From the IMG/VR virus record IMGVR_UViG_3300025881_000013: 64,000 nucleotides of DNA, one strand, 5' to 3'. Each line of letters opens with the position of its first letter. Position 1 is the first letter of the stretch. The DNA is from an uncultured virus (IMG/VR IMGVR_UViG_3300025881_000013). Lineage: Duplodnaviria > Heunggongvirae > Uroviricota > Caudoviricetes. Under the pieces are notes generated by a model that was not told where the DNA came from, did no database searches, and saw only the letters and a list, made by a program, of their open reading frames with translations. Shown one piece after another: positions 20,541 to 32,502 of this stretch. The position numbers were made by a program, and so were the translations under genes.

Positions 20541-23500
20541 TTAATTATCTTTTGTGTCGGGAAGTGCTCCTGTCAATCTAATACCTTCACCTCTTCTCTG
20601 AATTGTTGGGAAAGTTGACAATCCAACATCAACAGTTTTTCCGGAAACCCCAATAGAAATTGGAGCAGAAGATCTGGTAATTGTAGTAAATAATCCCCAA
20701 GAAAATTCACCAACATAATCTCCATCAGTGGAAAGTCCTGTTATATCAGTTCCAGAGTCTATATTGCAAGTAACGATACCAACAAAATCACCAGAACGGC
20801 TCAATTGGTTGATATAGTAAATATTATCTAAGAATGTAGTTCCAATACCAACTACAGCAGTATTTGAACTATCCACCGATGTAACACCAAATCCAATCAT
20901 AGTGTCCTTAACAAATATTGGATACCCAACTTCTAGATCATTTCCAAAATTTGTTGTTCCCATATCGAGGAAAAACTTAAGTGCTAGTGGATGTCCACCA
21001 GATCCGGAAGTAGTTCCTATTCCCGTTATAATTCCAGAAAATCCTTTAATAAATTTAATTTGATTGAGATTTTCAATATTTGAATCTGGTAAAGGTGTGA
21101 TTGTTATGGGATTTGTAGTATATCCAAATCCAGGATTTGTTATTGTAGTTCCAGTAATTACTCCATCAGTGACTGTTCCTGTAGCTTGAGCAGTAGTTCC
21201 AATACCAACACCAATTTGGAGTGGTGATTGGAACTTGATATTCACTGTCGATCCTACATATCCACTTCCACCATCTACAATTGTGAGTGAGGAAATTTTC
21301 CCACCACCAACGGATGCAGTGATATTAGCAGGGGAAGGATCTACTTTACCATCAACAATAATGCCTGCTACATTGTTATATGGGCCAGGAGCAGTTAAAT
21401 CATAACCAAAATTACTTATATTATCAACAAAAATTCTGGAATCAGAAGTTGTAATATCTTTAATAATTTTTGCGGTTGGATAAATTTGAGCAATCGTAGA
21501 TTGTCTTGTCTTGTAAACAAACTCTCCATTAATTACTCTATCAGTTTTTTGTTTTGTCCATGACATTGGTTTATGATTAACTTGATCAATACCTTGATCT
21601 ACATACAAACTTGTCTCAAATTTGTCTGAAAAAGATATATCAAAAATTGTTCTTTGATCTTGAGTAATGGTTTCTATAATAGAATCATTTTTGAATACTT
21701 TAACATCATCACCCTTTTCTAATGTTGGAAGGACATTATTTACCTGTATGTCATCTATACCTCTAGTTCCTCTATAGTAGAAAATATCAATTTGATCTTC
21801 TGGTTTTGGTGGAACAGTAAATGCGAATGAAGTGCCCCCATCAAATACATAAGCAACACCAGGATCTTGAATGACACCATTCATAATAACGATCAATACA
21901 TTTTGGAGTTCTATTACAGAATTTTCAGGTTTTTCGAAACTCAATATTGATCCATTATATTTAAGTGGAAATCTTATTCTAACTCCATCTTGAAAATTCT
22001 TAACAGAATCAATATAATCAAGTTCTCCAAATTGCCATGAACCAAAATTATCACTAAAAGTTTCTAATACTGTAAACTCATATTCCGAAATAGGAGATGT
22101 TAAATTTTTATCAACAACAAGTCCGACTGGTTTGAATACATCACCTTTTTTAAATGAATATCCAGATCTTGTTATAGAGAAATTTTTAACTTCAAAATAA
22201 GTTGATCCAATACCTGTTACAGAACTTTCATTAACATCAATATTCAATAACAATCCAATTCCAGTATCAGTCGTTGCTCCAACACCGACTCTAGAAACAC
22301 CCACCACTTCAAGATTTTCATATGTTGGTTCGGAAACAAATATTTCTGGATTATTATATCCAGTTCCTCCAGCACTAACATTAAATGATAATGTTCCACC
22401 AGCACCAACAGATGCTGTTATTACAGCAACATCTCCAATATGATTATCTTCATGAACACTTATCCCAATCGATACTATTCCATTATATCCAGAACCATTA
22501 TTATCAGAAATTCCAAGTCCAACAGATACAATTGAACCACCAGCACCAACGACAGCAGTTACTGCTGCACCAGCAAGAGGTGCGTATCCAAGTCCTCCAG
22601 TTGATCCTAAAGAAACAATAAGTCCTCCTCTAGGAATTTGATTTTGATTTATATCAGATTCAGAAACCAAAATACTATTAGGATTAATTACATCTGTTCT
22701 AATACCACTGAATATAATAGATGATATTCCTGTAGGTGATGTTTGTTCAATAATACGGAAATTATTTTCTGGATTATTTTCAGTTGTTGGGGTTTGAAAT
22801 ATTCCATTAATAAATACGAGTCCATTTCCACCAATTGTTCCGACACCACTAGTATTTGCCCCACCAACAGTGAGTGTAAATGTTCTACCAATTCCATTGA
22901 ATCCATCAGAAATGTCATCATAAACTTCATTTGTAGTATAATCCTTCCTAAGAAATACTCTACCAGTAAAGTCTGATGTTTCAAATATTAAATTGTTATT
23001 AGTTCTCGTAATATTAGAATTTCCTCTAGGTGCTTTTGTAAAGAAAATACTATCATCAACAATATTATAAGATCCTTTGTAAATTCTAGATGATGTACCG
23101 TCTGTATGAGATGTTGCAGATGATCCAACAAATCCTCTCTCAACTTCTACTAGTTTTTGGGATCCTATATTTGTTATTGGTCCAATGTTTGAAGTTCCGA
23201 AACCAACATTGATAACTTTCATATATTCATTATCAATTCTCAATATATCGAGAGGAGATATGGTAGAAATGCCACTTAAAGCAAAAATAGTTGCTCCTAT
23301 TGAAATGCTTCCACCATTTCCAGATAAATCTTGTGAAATTTTAGTGAAAGCAATTGGATACTGAACAATATTATCTATAGTGACGATAGCTTTTTCATTT
23401 TTCTTTGCCATCGCAAATACGTGAGCATTTCCTTCACCTACAGATGTAAATGTAACTGCCGATCCTGCTTTAGTTGTTGATATCGAAAAACTATCATCAG

Positions 23501-26500
23501 TATTAACAATCGCAAAAACTTGTGAAGGAAGTTCTTCATTTATAGAACCATTTTTATACATCATTGGAGTTGATCCAATACCGATAAAAGTTGATTTTGG
23601 AGTGTATATCAATTCTTCATTGTTACTAAAGAAATGACTATCGATTGAAAATTTGCCCGTTGATAGATCGAGAGTATCACTATCTGATGGATTAAACGAT
23701 TTTGCAAAAATTGGAGTAGTATTTGATTTCAATACAAAATCATTCTTATTGATTCTACTTCCATTAATTGCTAGATATGAGGAAGTATTTACAGTTTCAA
23801 TAGAGTTTCCATATAAAAGATTTGGTGCCTGATTAATAAGATCAACCGTAGTATATAAACATTCACTAAAAGAATTAATTTTTATATCTCCAGTAAAGTT
23901 AGAATCTGGATAAAACTTAACTAAAACATCATCTCCGGAATATTCTCCTCCAAAAGTTCCTACTCCTAGTGGAGTGGACTCTCCACTTGTACTTCCTATT
24001 GATAGTAATGAATATTGTTGAATGTAAATATCAGTAGTATCTTGAACCATCATAATTTGATGGATTGATTTTGTAGATCCAATACTAACTTCAACTAAAG
24101 ATCTTGCAGAATCAAAAATGTTTTTATCTAAAATTAGGAACGAGGTAGAAACACCAGAAGTTGTTGCAGAAAAACCTGATTCATAAATTGCAGATCTTTC
24201 ATTACCTGCAGGTTGATTTGGTAAAACGTATCTAAAGGTTCCAACACCAACAGAAGTTGTTCCAAATCCAACTATACGTGTATTAATAATTACATCTTCA
24301 TCAGTATCATTAGAATACTTTAAATTAAATAATCCTGATCCAGAATCTATATCTGCTTCGAAAGATCCTATAAGATTACTTGATCTTGAAAAATCTTCCG
24401 TATCAAAATAGAATTCTGAAATATTTGTATCAGTTCCGTCATGAGTTACATATAATTCAACAAAGTTCATTTCATTAGTAACTTCTTTATAAACCTGTGC
24501 ATTAACATGGAAAGAGGTAAACTTGTCAGTTGAGACTCCAATAATATTAGTTGTATTACCCGTAAGGGACACTTGACTGCGAGAAGTTAAATCAACAAAC
24601 CCTATTGATATTGTGCCTACTCCAGTAATTTGGTTATTAAATTTTTTGTCAATATACTTAATATCATATTCAGTATTGTAAGGATCTTTGGGAGTGAATC
24701 TCAAATACTTATCATCAAATTCATCAATTTCTATCGAAAAATCACCATATTGTTCTCCAACTATTGTAGTAAATCCCGATCCTACATTAACTAAAGATTG
24801 TTTTTCTAAAATAGCAATATTATTATTAACTGAATTATTTAAAAATATTAAACTTGTTAACTGTATTTCATTTTTACCACTTATATCGGAAACTTTAAAT
24901 AGGTAATTATTATAAGAATTTCCATCATTAATCTTTAATATGTTTTTATATGTAAAAGGTTCATCTTCAAAATTGGAGAATTGATTTGAAATATCATCTA
25001 TCTTCAAAACAATATTGGATATAGATTCTTGATAATTTGTGAGTCTTTTATTTTTTAATTTTAAGAATTTTGATTTATTTTGTAAAATATCTACATCTGT
25101 CACAAAAGCAAAATTATTAACTGTATCAACTCTTTTTTCATCAATATAATTTCTTATAATAGTTGTTGAATCGGAAAAACTAGTAATTCCAACTTTTTCA
25201 TCTCCATCAGAAATAATCTCCGTATCTGAGAAATTTTTAATGCCAACAGAATGAACTAAACTATTAATAGGTGTTCTAATATCATTCCATTGTTGTTTAC
25301 TCTTAATAGAGTATGAAAGATTTTGATAGTAATCATTATCTTCAAGAACTTGGACACTTTCACTCAATTTTCCAGTTTCATTTTCCCAACCTTCAGATAT
25401 TCTATTAGAAAATTTAATATCAAAAATTCCATCATAATTTACTAAGGATTCTATAGTAGCAACATTTCCTGTAGATTTGCCTACAATTACTTCATTAGAG
25501 GAAAGATTGTAAGAACCAAATACTTTGAGTGATCCGGAACTGTCGTAACCAATAACCTCAAGATCTCTTTCGATACCATTGGATAATAATTTTTCACCAA
25601 CTTCAAATTCCGATGGAGATAATGAAATTAAAAAAGTTGGATAATTTGTTTTGGATATAATAGTTCCAAATGAATCTTGAATTGTTTTTGCAATTCCTGT
25701 ATTTGTTCCTAATCCAGAAATATTAACTGTAACCTGATCATCATTTATTCCAGGTGTAAATTTATTTTCATATTTCGTTACTTCAAAAAACTTATATCCA
25801 TAATCACTGGAATTAAATCCATCTCCGGTAACACTAAACTTTTCAATTCCCTCTATAAAAACTTTTTCGCCTGAAGTAAAAACATCTGTAGAGAACCCTG
25901 CAAGTGGTGTTGTTATAATACATGTAAAAATGCCAGTATTTGATGATTGAACTTCTTTAATACTAACTCCATTAGTATTATCAACAGTAAAAAGTTCTGC
26001 CGATTGATCGGATATTCCTTTGGGTAAAATATCAACAATTAAACTGGTGATTGAACTGCCAGTAATTTCTGGTATTATTAATCCACTATTCAATTCTGTT
26101 CTTGTATCATTATCTACAACAACAATTTGTGGTGGTGAAGTATATCCAGCACCCCCAGAAGTTATTGTCACAATACCAATTGTATTCGAATCTTTTAATT
26201 TAATTTTTGGAGATATAGAAACGTGTGGTCTTAAAGTTATATCCGAAGAATATTCAAAGTTTTCATTAATTATTCTTGTTTCTTCAATTTTTCCAATAGT
26301 ATCAGAATTTAAAGAAACAGATAAATTTGTTCCACTTATTGTGTTTACATTTGAAAGTGATGGTAATTTTTTATATTCAGATCCACTAGATATAATATTA
26401 ATTTTATTTACTGGACCAGAAGATGATGTTGAAGTTGTTGTATATTCTAAATTATCGCATTCTGAAGAAATATAATTTAATTTTTCTGGAGATTCTTGTA

Positions 26501-29500
26501 AAGAAATTTGAAAGCTAGTTGATCCTATACCAAAAACATCATAAGTTTGATTATAAACACTATCGATAAATAAAATTTCGGAGAAATTATTTACATTTCT
26601 ATCAGAGGAACTTATATATCCAGATTTTTCTAAAGAATAATAAAGTCTTTCTGGCAATCCGGAACTATAATTAATGGTGAATGAAGCATTGGTTGATATT
26701 CCTATTGTTCCAACACCAACTGTACTAAAAGTTTCTGTAGAACCTGTTGATATAAACTCACTATTAAAATCTTGATCGTAATAAAGTTTAAACTCATATC
26801 CAGATAAAGAAGAATCCGATAAATCAAATACTAAATTATTATTTGCAATTGTTTGTATTTGTGGATTAATTGGTGATATTGATTGTGAAGGTCCTCCTGT
26901 AGAAGCAAAACTTACGACTATTGGAGGATTTTTTTGTGAATTAATATAAGTTTCACAGAATTTTATAGTATTTTCGTCAGTTTTATAAATGTAGTATTCT
27001 CTCTCAGTATTACCATCTTCGTAAAAAACTTTATCTCCTGTTATTAATCCATGTTCCGAAATAGTAATTTGATTAGTTATAGTATTGATTCCTGTAGAGT
27101 TAAACCCAATAGGATTAATCACAATACTATCAATTTTGGATTTGTAAATAACATTAACTGCTATTGAAGTTCCAATACCCACTGAAAGGTTTGGTTTCAC
27201 ATTCATAGTGATTGAATCACCCTTAACTAATCCATGCGAATAAGAAGTTGATATTGAAACAGTTGAGGTAATTTTCTCAATTTTTCCAAGTTTTTGTATG
27301 TTATTAGTATCGAAATAATAATTATCAACATTATCACCTCCTGTTATGAAGAAAACTTCATCGGAAGTGAGAGAAGTTTTTATCCCAATAGTGCTTGGAG
27401 ACTTATTGACAGCATATACTGGTTCTGTTGTTGGAAGATTAAATGGGGTTCCTGTAGGAGATGTTGAAATTGAAATTGCATTATTGCCATTTTGACTAAA
27501 TGTAAGTTTTTGATTAGTTTGAAGAAAATGATCTTTAATACTAATTCTTTGTGTAGGAATAGATCCTGATATTACCTCCTGACCAAAAGAATATGATACA
27601 TTATGGCCAGTTCCTGCTGTTGTACCAAAACCAACCGATTCTTGTGGATTGAAGTACATTCTATTATTAACTTTAGACTCAAAATAATCTACGTTTTGAT
27701 CAATTGTAAATGTTTTTGATTTAAATGATACTGCTGTTCCAACGGTATGTGCAATCCCAGAATTACCTCTTTTTACTCTAAAAATACTTTTATCTGAATA
27801 TATGTTTAAAACTTCCAAAGTTTCAGTTCCAATTCCAATACTACTACCAGCAGAAACTCCTGCAGGAATCTGTGATACATATATTTCTGTTGTAGCTGCT
27901 CCGGAAGATGCAACTTCTGCCGTTAATCCTGCATTTGAAATAAATGGAATATTAACTTTAAAGGAATCATTCAATACAGAAAGATTTGAAGTACTAAATC
28001 CAGATATTAAAACATTATCATTGTTTGACAACGTATGAAAAGGAGAAATTGTTATATTTACTTTATTATCTCCACTCCAAGTAAATACGGCATCATTATA
28101 AACTTCATGTAAAGTATCAATTTTATCAACTTTTCTTCCTTTTAAAGATGAAACATTGGCATAAATTCCTCCACCGTCAGTATTATCATTATTGAATTTT
28201 AATAAATCGTTTACTTTATAATTATCTCCATTATTAATAACAGAAATATTGGAAACTGATCCTTTACTAATAGATTCAACTATTACTCTTTGTTTTTTAA
28301 TTGCATCATTTTCAATAATAAAATCATTACTAGCGTTCTTTTCTAAAATTTTATACCCTAAAGTATTTCTAGAAAGAGATGAATTATTAAAATCAAATTT
28401 TTGATCTAAACTTTGATTTTCATCAATAGTATTTGATCTAAAAGAATCTCCAATAAAATATGGGAATTGTGGTTCTCCTGTAATTCCATCTACAATTGCA
28501 TGGTATGCATAAACACCATTTGGAAAATCTTCTGTCTTTGCAAATCTTCCATTATTTTTGTCTAAATCTCCATTTTGATTATTATAAACATAATCTTCGA
28601 CAAAAAATCCTAAAGGAAAATCAGATATAGATGGTCTGTCATAAACATTGGATATATTTGTAGTATAACCAGATGTCATGGTTTTAATACCAGAACTTAC
28701 ATTCTCCGGATCTACAGATGAATATGGTCCGTAAATAGGATTCCCATCATATGCCCATCCAATAATGTTAGACAAAGTTGTACCAGTGTCATTAAATGAG
28801 GATTGTAAATCTCCAAAATATGCAGTTACTGAGTATGATAATTCATCATTTATATCTTTTAATATTTCAGTTTGTTGTGTAGGTAATTTTTGAACTTGAT
28901 TAACTGTAAGTTCTCTTATAGATGCGTCTAAAATTTCATTATTACCAGAAGAGATGACTTTAATTACAGTAGAAGTAGAATATCCTATTCCTGCATTAAT
29001 AATCTTAATATCAGTAATTTTTTTATCAGAAATTACTGCTCTTAATTTGGCACCACTTCCCGATTCAGTTGGATCAGAAACAATCAAATCTGGAATTGAA
29101 GAATATTCAAGTCCTCCAAATTGTATATTTGTTTCATTGATAGATCCATTAACTATGATAGGAGTTATTTGAGCATCTCTACCAGTTTTAACCGTTAGAG
29201 AAGGTTTTTTCTCAAAATTGAGAATATTTGATCCATATCCAGTTCCTGGTTCATAAACGTAAATTTGTTCTATAGATCCTTTAACAACTGGTGTTGCTTC
29301 TATGGATTGAATTTGTGTCGATGTCCCGATACCAACTGCAGTAAACTCAATATTTGCTCTTATGTTTGGATATTTAAACTCTTGGAAACCATTTCCAGTA
29401 CTATCCAGTTCTTCATAATTTTGTGTTTCATAATTCGTAATATTTGTTCCTCCAATACCAGCATCACATAATCTAAAAGAATTTTCATCAAGTTTTAAGA

Positions 29501-32500
29501 CATAGTATTGATTTGCAGTTGTAAGTCCTGTTATTCCACTTGTTTCATAATTATATTCTATAATTTCACCACTGTTGAATCCATGATTATTAAAGTTTAT
29601 TGTATTTTTTGTGGTAGAAATTCCTGCAGGTTTTACTAAGAGATTTCTATTCGTAAATGATCCTCCTTCTATTACTTTTATTTCCGAAATAGTATTATTT
29701 ACAGATTCGGTTAAAAATTTATGAGTTCCACTTAATGAAGTTGTTGCAAAAGAAATTTGATTAGTTTCATTTGAATAATCATCAAAATTATTAAATAATC
29801 TTATTGTTGTGTTATTATCTACTTTTGCAAAATAATTTGCATTATTAGATAATTGAGATACTCCTATTCCAATACTAACACTTTCATTACCATTATTTCT
29901 ATAAGTAATTTTTTGTCCATTCGAAAAATTGTGATTATTTAAAAATGTTAACTGATTTGTAGATGCACTTATGCCTCCACCTTGTGCAATTTCTCTTGCA
30001 TCAAATAATACTTCTCTTCTTCTTTTAACCAATATTGGTTCGAAAGATCCTCCAGATCCATTTCCACCAATAATATTAACTGACAATACTTGTTCAATGT
30101 CAAAATTTTGTTTATCTACATCAATATCCGTTATTGTCCCACTTAAAACCGGTCGAACTAAAGATGTTATTCCAATACCAGCAGATACTTGTATATCTGG
30201 AGGATTGATAACATCAAAATTAATTCCACCGTTTAAGATTTTAATATTTTCAATTGGACCAGAGTAAATTTTATCTAAAGTTTTATAATTAGAAATTTCA
30301 ACACCATTAATTAACATTCCAATTGATCCTGGAATTGTTTTTTGCCCAATTCCATTTTCAATATTGGGATTGAGAGTGAATTTTTTTAGAATTTTTTGGG
30401 GATTTAATGTTTCTGATTTTTGAGAATATAAAATAAAATTGTGAGTTTCTAATGTTGAGGTTGGTGATTTGAATTGAACACTATTTGCATCAGAATTAAT
30501 AAAGGAAAGAGAATTATAAAGTTTTATTTTTTTAGTATCAGATAAAACCTTAACATAATATGAACCTTCTTCTAACCCATCTAGAGGTCTTCCAGATGGT
30601 CTATATTGAATTCTTTCTCCACTTATGAACGGAACAGGATTATCAAAGAAAATAGTAGTGTATAATCCAGTATTAGAATCAAGATCAATAATACTTCCAG
30701 AAGAAGACGAAATTGATATTGAATTAATTTCTTTTGTTATCTGATAAGCATATGAATTTGAAAATCCCCTTCCCCAGGATGGAAGTGAGTTTGAAGCTAT
30801 GTATGCAAAGTTATCATCATCAACATACATATTCTGAACATCAGAAATAATACTATTATTTTGATATTTAAAATTAACATTAGCACTATTTGCTTTATTA
30901 ATTTTTCTTCTTAACTTTATATTTTGTTCTAAATTTGGAGAAAAATTACTTAAATTTGATATAGAAACTGAATTTGATGTAATATTTGCATTTACGTATG
31001 GCAAGTCTGTAGTATTTGTAGGATATATTACATTATTTGTTTTTTCATCTATAAATTCTACAAAATCACCCTTTTTTAATTGTGATCTATCAACAGAAGT
31101 TTTTAATATGACACCAGTTGGATTTTGACCACCAATAAAACTATCAATTTTTATTGAAGAACTGGTATTATAGATCCAAGAATTTGCAAAAATTTCCCTA
31201 TACGTTTTATTTTGTTCTGGATTTTCAATTAAAGTTCCAATACTCTTAACTGTTAAAATTTGATCTTCATCAACAGAAATTAAATCTGATTTTTGAATAA
31301 AATCTGAAAGAACACCATTCAATTTAAGAACAACTTTTTTCGATGTATCCCCATTTTCATAAGAAAAATATGTATTATCCGAAAAAATGTCTTCCGTAAT
31401 AGTAATATTATCAACAATTCCAGAACATCCTAAAAACTGATTAACACTTTTATCAGAATATGTAATAGTATTATTTCCAGAATATATTGTTCCTGTCTGT
31501 TCAAATCCAATTGTAGAATCTACAGATATTACAGAAGCACCAATACTAACATTCTCTAAAACTTTTGAATTGGGAGTAATTGTAAAATTGCCCTGAACAT
31601 TACTATTATCGCCATATCCAACAAATAATCCTATTTTAAAATATTGCTTTTGTCCTCTTGTAAATATTTCAACTGAAGATATTGAAGCATTTGTTGCAGA
31701 ATCTGTTGATTTAGTTAATGTCTGTCCTACTATTTTTGTAATATCTCCACTAATAGATTCGGCGACACATATTTCCTTTCTAATGAAGTTTGCATCTGAT
31801 GGTTTTATTAAATATTCTTCAAGATTAATTACTTTTGGAGTTTCTCCGTATAATACATTAAATAATATTCTAAAGGAATCATCAGTGCCTTTTGATTCGT
31901 AAAAAGATCTTGATTCTTTTATAAAGTTTCCGGCATTTATTTTAGGGTCAAAGACTCTATTTTCAAATCCAGGAGTATATGTATACTTTAATTTTTTATA
32001 AAATTCCTTTAAAAATAAAGAACTTAAATTATATACTGTAGAATTTGAACTATGAGAATTAGTAGTTGTATCTGAAAATATTAACTCTTCTTCATTTAAA
32101 TCTTGATGATAACTAGTAATTCCACTAAAACCACGAATACATCCAGTAAAAGTATTTGTAGTGAGTCCAGTATATGTGATTATCTCATCGTCAATCTTCA
32201 ACAATCCATATTCTTGAGGAAATCCTTTTGTATTAGGAACACTAATTATGGTACTATCAGTATTGATATCAAAAGATAGAGTTGTTGATCCTACAACTAC
32301 TTCTGGAATTAAGTTATCTAATTTTAAATATTGATCCAGATTTTCTGCAATGTCAACAGGACCTCCCTGATATTCCTGAGAAATATAATATTGCTTTAAA
32401 AAATCTACTGCCTTTGGACTTTCACCTAGGACATATTCCGGTAATTGATTGGAAATTATGTCCTGAATCTTGATTCTAGATTCAATTCCAGTTTGTATCA

Positions 32501-32501
32501 T
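20541..32501 (-). CDS. gp7: Giant baseplate wedge initiator gp7-like protein (3986 aa)
   Basis: QLPEYV..FLKQYY, FYESKGT..SFRILFNVLYG, IIGWAYDGNPIYGPY (YHYH-like), DNDYYQNLSYSIKS; lies between gp6 and gp8. Confidence 0.85.
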   Translation of the reverse strand: MIQTGIESRIKIQDIISNQLPEYVLGESPKAVDFLKQYYISQEYQGGPVDIAENLDQYLKLDNLIPEVVVGSTTLSFDINTDSTIISVPNTKGFPQEYGLLKIDDEIITYTGLTTNTFTGCIRGFSGITSYHQDLNEEELIFSDTTTNSHSSNSTVYNLSSLFLKEFYKKLKYTYTPGFENRVFDPKINAGNFIKESRSFYESKGTDDSFRILFNVLYGETPKVINLEEYLIKPSDANFIRKEICVAESISGDITKIVGQTLTKSTDSATNASISSVEIFTRGQKQYFKIGLFVGYGDNSNVQGNFTITPNSKVLENVSIGASVISVDSTIGFEQTGTIYSGNNTITYSDKSVNQFLGCSGIVDNITITEDIFSDNTYFSYENGDTSKKVVLKLNGVLSDFIQKSDLISVDEDQILTVKSIGTLIENPEQNKTYREIFANSWIYNTSSSIKIDSFIGGQNPTGVILKTSVDRSQLKKGDFVEFIDEKTNNVIYPTNTTDLPYVNANITSNSVSISNLSNFSPNLEQNIKLRRKINKANSANVNFKYQNNSIISDVQNMYVDDDNFAYIASNSLPSWGRGFSNSYAYQITKEINSISISSSSGSIIDLDSNTGLYTTIFFDNPVPFISGERIQYRPSGRPLDGLEEGSYYVKVLSDTKKIKLYNSLSFINSDANSVQFKSPTSTLETHNFILYSQKSETLNPQKILKKFTLNPNIENGIGQKTIPGSIGMLINGVEISNYKTLDKIYSGPIENIKILNGGINFDVINPPDIQVSAGIGITSLVRPVLSGTITDIDVDKQNFDIEQVLSVNIIGGNGSGGSFEPILVKRRREVLFDAREIAQGGGISASTNQLTFLNNHNFSNGQKITYRNNGNESVSIGIGVSQLSNNANYFAKVDNNTTIRLFNNFDDYSNETNQISFATTSLSGTHKFLTESVNNTISEIKVIEGGSFTNRNLLVKPAGISTTKNTINFNNHGFNSGEIIEYNYETSGITGLTTANQYYVLKLDENSFRLCDAGIGGTNITNYETQNYEELDSTGNGFQEFKYPNIRANIEFTAVGIGTSTQIQSIEATPVVKGSIEQIYVYEPGTGYGSNILNFEKKPSLTVKTGRDAQITPIIVNGSINETNIQFGGLEYSSIPDLIVSDPTESGSGAKLRAVISDKKITDIKIINAGIGYSTSTVIKVISSGNNEILDASIRELTVNQVQKLPTQQTEILKDINDELSYSVTAYFGDLQSSFNDTGTTLSNIIGWAYDGNPIYGPYSSVDPENVSSGIKTMTSGYTTNISNVYDRPSISDFPLGFFVEDYVYNNQNGDLDKNNGRFAKTEDFPNGVYAYHAIVDGITGEPQFPYFIGDSFRSNTIDENQSLDQKFDFNNSSLSRNTLGYKILEKNASNDFIIENDAIKKQRVIVESISKGSVSNISVINNGDNYKVNDLLKFNNDNTDGGGIYANVSSLKGRKVDKIDTLHEVYNDAVFTWSGDNKVNITISPFHTLSNNDNVLISGFSTSNLSVLNDSFKVNIPFISNAGLTAEVASSGAATTEIYVSQIPAGVSAGSSIGIGTETLEVLNIYSDKSIFRVKRGNSGIAHTVGTAVSFKSKTFTIDQNVDYFESKVNNRMYFNPQESVGFGTTAGTGHNVSYSFGQEVISGSIPTQRISIKDHFLQTNQKLTFSQNGNNAISISTSPTGTPFNLPTTEPVYAVNKSPSTIGIKTSLTSDEVFFITGGDNVDNYYFDTNNIQKLGKIEKITSTVSISTSYSHGLVKGDSITMNVKPNLSVGIGTSIAVNVIYKSKIDSIVINPIGFNSTGINTITNQITISEHGLITGDKVFYEDGNTEREYYIYKTDENTIKFCETYINSQKNPPIVVSFASTGGPSQSISPINPQIQTIANNNLVFDLSDSSLSGYEFKLYYDQDFNSEFISTGSTETFSTVGVGTIGISTNASFTINYSSGLPERLYYSLEKSGYISSSDRNVNNFSEILFIDSVYNQTYDVFGIGSTSFQISLQESPEKLNYISSECDNLEYTTTSTSSSGPVNKINIISSGSEYKKLPSLSNVNTISGTNLSVSLNSDTIGKIEETRIINENFEYSSDITLRPHVSISPKIKLKDSNTIGIVTITSGGAGYTSPPQIVVVDNDTRTELNSGLIIPEITGSSITSLIVDILPKGISDQSAELFTVDNTNGVSIKEVQSSNTGIFTCIITTPLAGFSTDVFTSGEKVFIEGIEKFSVTGDGFNSSDYGYKFFEVTKYENKFTPGINDDQVTVNISGLGTNTGIAKTIQDSFGTIISKTNYPTFLISLSPSEFEVGEKLLSNGIERDLEVIGYDSSGSLKVFGSYNLSSNEVIVGKSTGNVATIESLVNYDGIFDIKFSNRISEGWENETGKLSESVQVLEDNDYYQNLSYSIKSKQQWNDIRTPINSLVHSVGIKNFSDTEIISDGDEKVGITSFSDSTTIIRNYIDEKRVDTVNNFAFVTDVDILQNKSKFLKLKNKRLTNYQESISNIVLKIDDISNQFSNFEDEPFTYKNILKINDGNSYNNYLFKVSDISGKNEIQLTSLIFLNNSVNNNIAILEKQSLVNVGSGFTTIVGEQYGDFSIEIDEFDDKYLRFTPKDPYNTEYDIKYIDKKFNNQITGVGTISIGFVDLTSRSQVSLTGNTTNIIGVSTDKFTSFHVNAQVYKEVTNEMNFVELYVTHDGTDTNISEFYFDTEDFSRSSNLIGSFEADIDSGSGLFNLKYSNDTDEDVIINTRIVGFGTTSVGVGTFRYVLPNQPAGNERSAIYESGFSATTSGVSTSFLILDKNIFDSARSLVEVSIGSTKSIHQIMMVQDTTDIYIQQYSLLSIGSTSGESTPLGVGTFGGEYSGDDVLVKFYPDSNFTGDIKINSFSECLYTTVDLINQAPNLLYGNSIETVNTSSYLAINGSRINKNDFVLKSNTTPIFAKSFNPSDSDTLDLSTGKFSIDSHFFSNNEELIYTPKSTFIGIGSTPMMYKNGSINEELPSQVFAIVNTDDSFSISTTKAGSAVTFTSVGEGNAHVFAMAKKNEKAIVTIDNIVQYPIAFTKISQDLSGNGGSISIGATIFALSGISTISPLDILRIDNEYMKVINVGFGTSNIGPITNIGSQKLVEVERGFVGSSATSHTDGTSSRIYKGSYNIVDDSIFFTKAPRGNSNITRTNNNLIFETSDFTGRVFLRKDYTTNEVYDDISDGFNGIGRTFTLTVGGANTSGVGTIGGNGLVFINGIFQTPTTENNPENNFRIIEQTSPTGISSIIFSGIRTDVINPNSILVSESDINQNQIPRGGLIVSLGSTGGLGYAPLAGAAVTAVVGAGGSIVSVGLGISDNNGSGYNGIVSIGISVHEDNHIGDVAVITASVGAGGTLSFNVSAGGTGYNNPEIFVSEPTYENLEVVGVSRVGVGATTDTGIGLLLNIDVNESSVTGIGSTYFEVKNFSITRSGYSFKKGDVFKPVGLVVDKNLTSPISEYEFTVLETFSDNFGSWQFGELDYIDSVKNFQDGVRIRFPLKYNGSILSFEKPENSVIELQNVLIVIMNGVIQDPGVAYVFDGGTSFAFTVPPKPEDQIDIFYYRGTRGIDDIQVNNVLPTLEKGDDVKVFKNDSIIETITQDQRTIFDISFSDKFETSLYVDQGIDQVNHKPMSWTKQKTDRVINGEFVYKTRQSTIAQIYPTAKIIKDITTSDSRIFVDNISNFGYDLTAPGPYNNVAGIIVDGKVDPSPANITASVGGGKISSLTIVDGGSGYVGSTVNIKFQSPLQIGVGIGTTAQATGTVTDGVITGTTITNPGFGYTTNPITITPLPDSNIENLNQIKFIKGFSGIITGIGTTSGSGGHPLALKFFLDMGTTNFGNDLEVGYPIFVKDTMIGFGVTSVDSSNTAVVGIGTTFLDNIYYINQLSRSGDFVGIVTCNIDSGTDITGLSTDGDYVGEFSWGLFTTITRSSAPISIGVSGKTVDVGLSTFPTIQRRGEGIRLTGALPDTKDN

Positions 32502-32502
32502 A

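Noticed and set aside
20541..32501. 3986-aa giant ORF as a novelty
   Set aside because: Very large gp7-like baseplate proteins with repeated beta-domains are usual in cyanomyoviruses.
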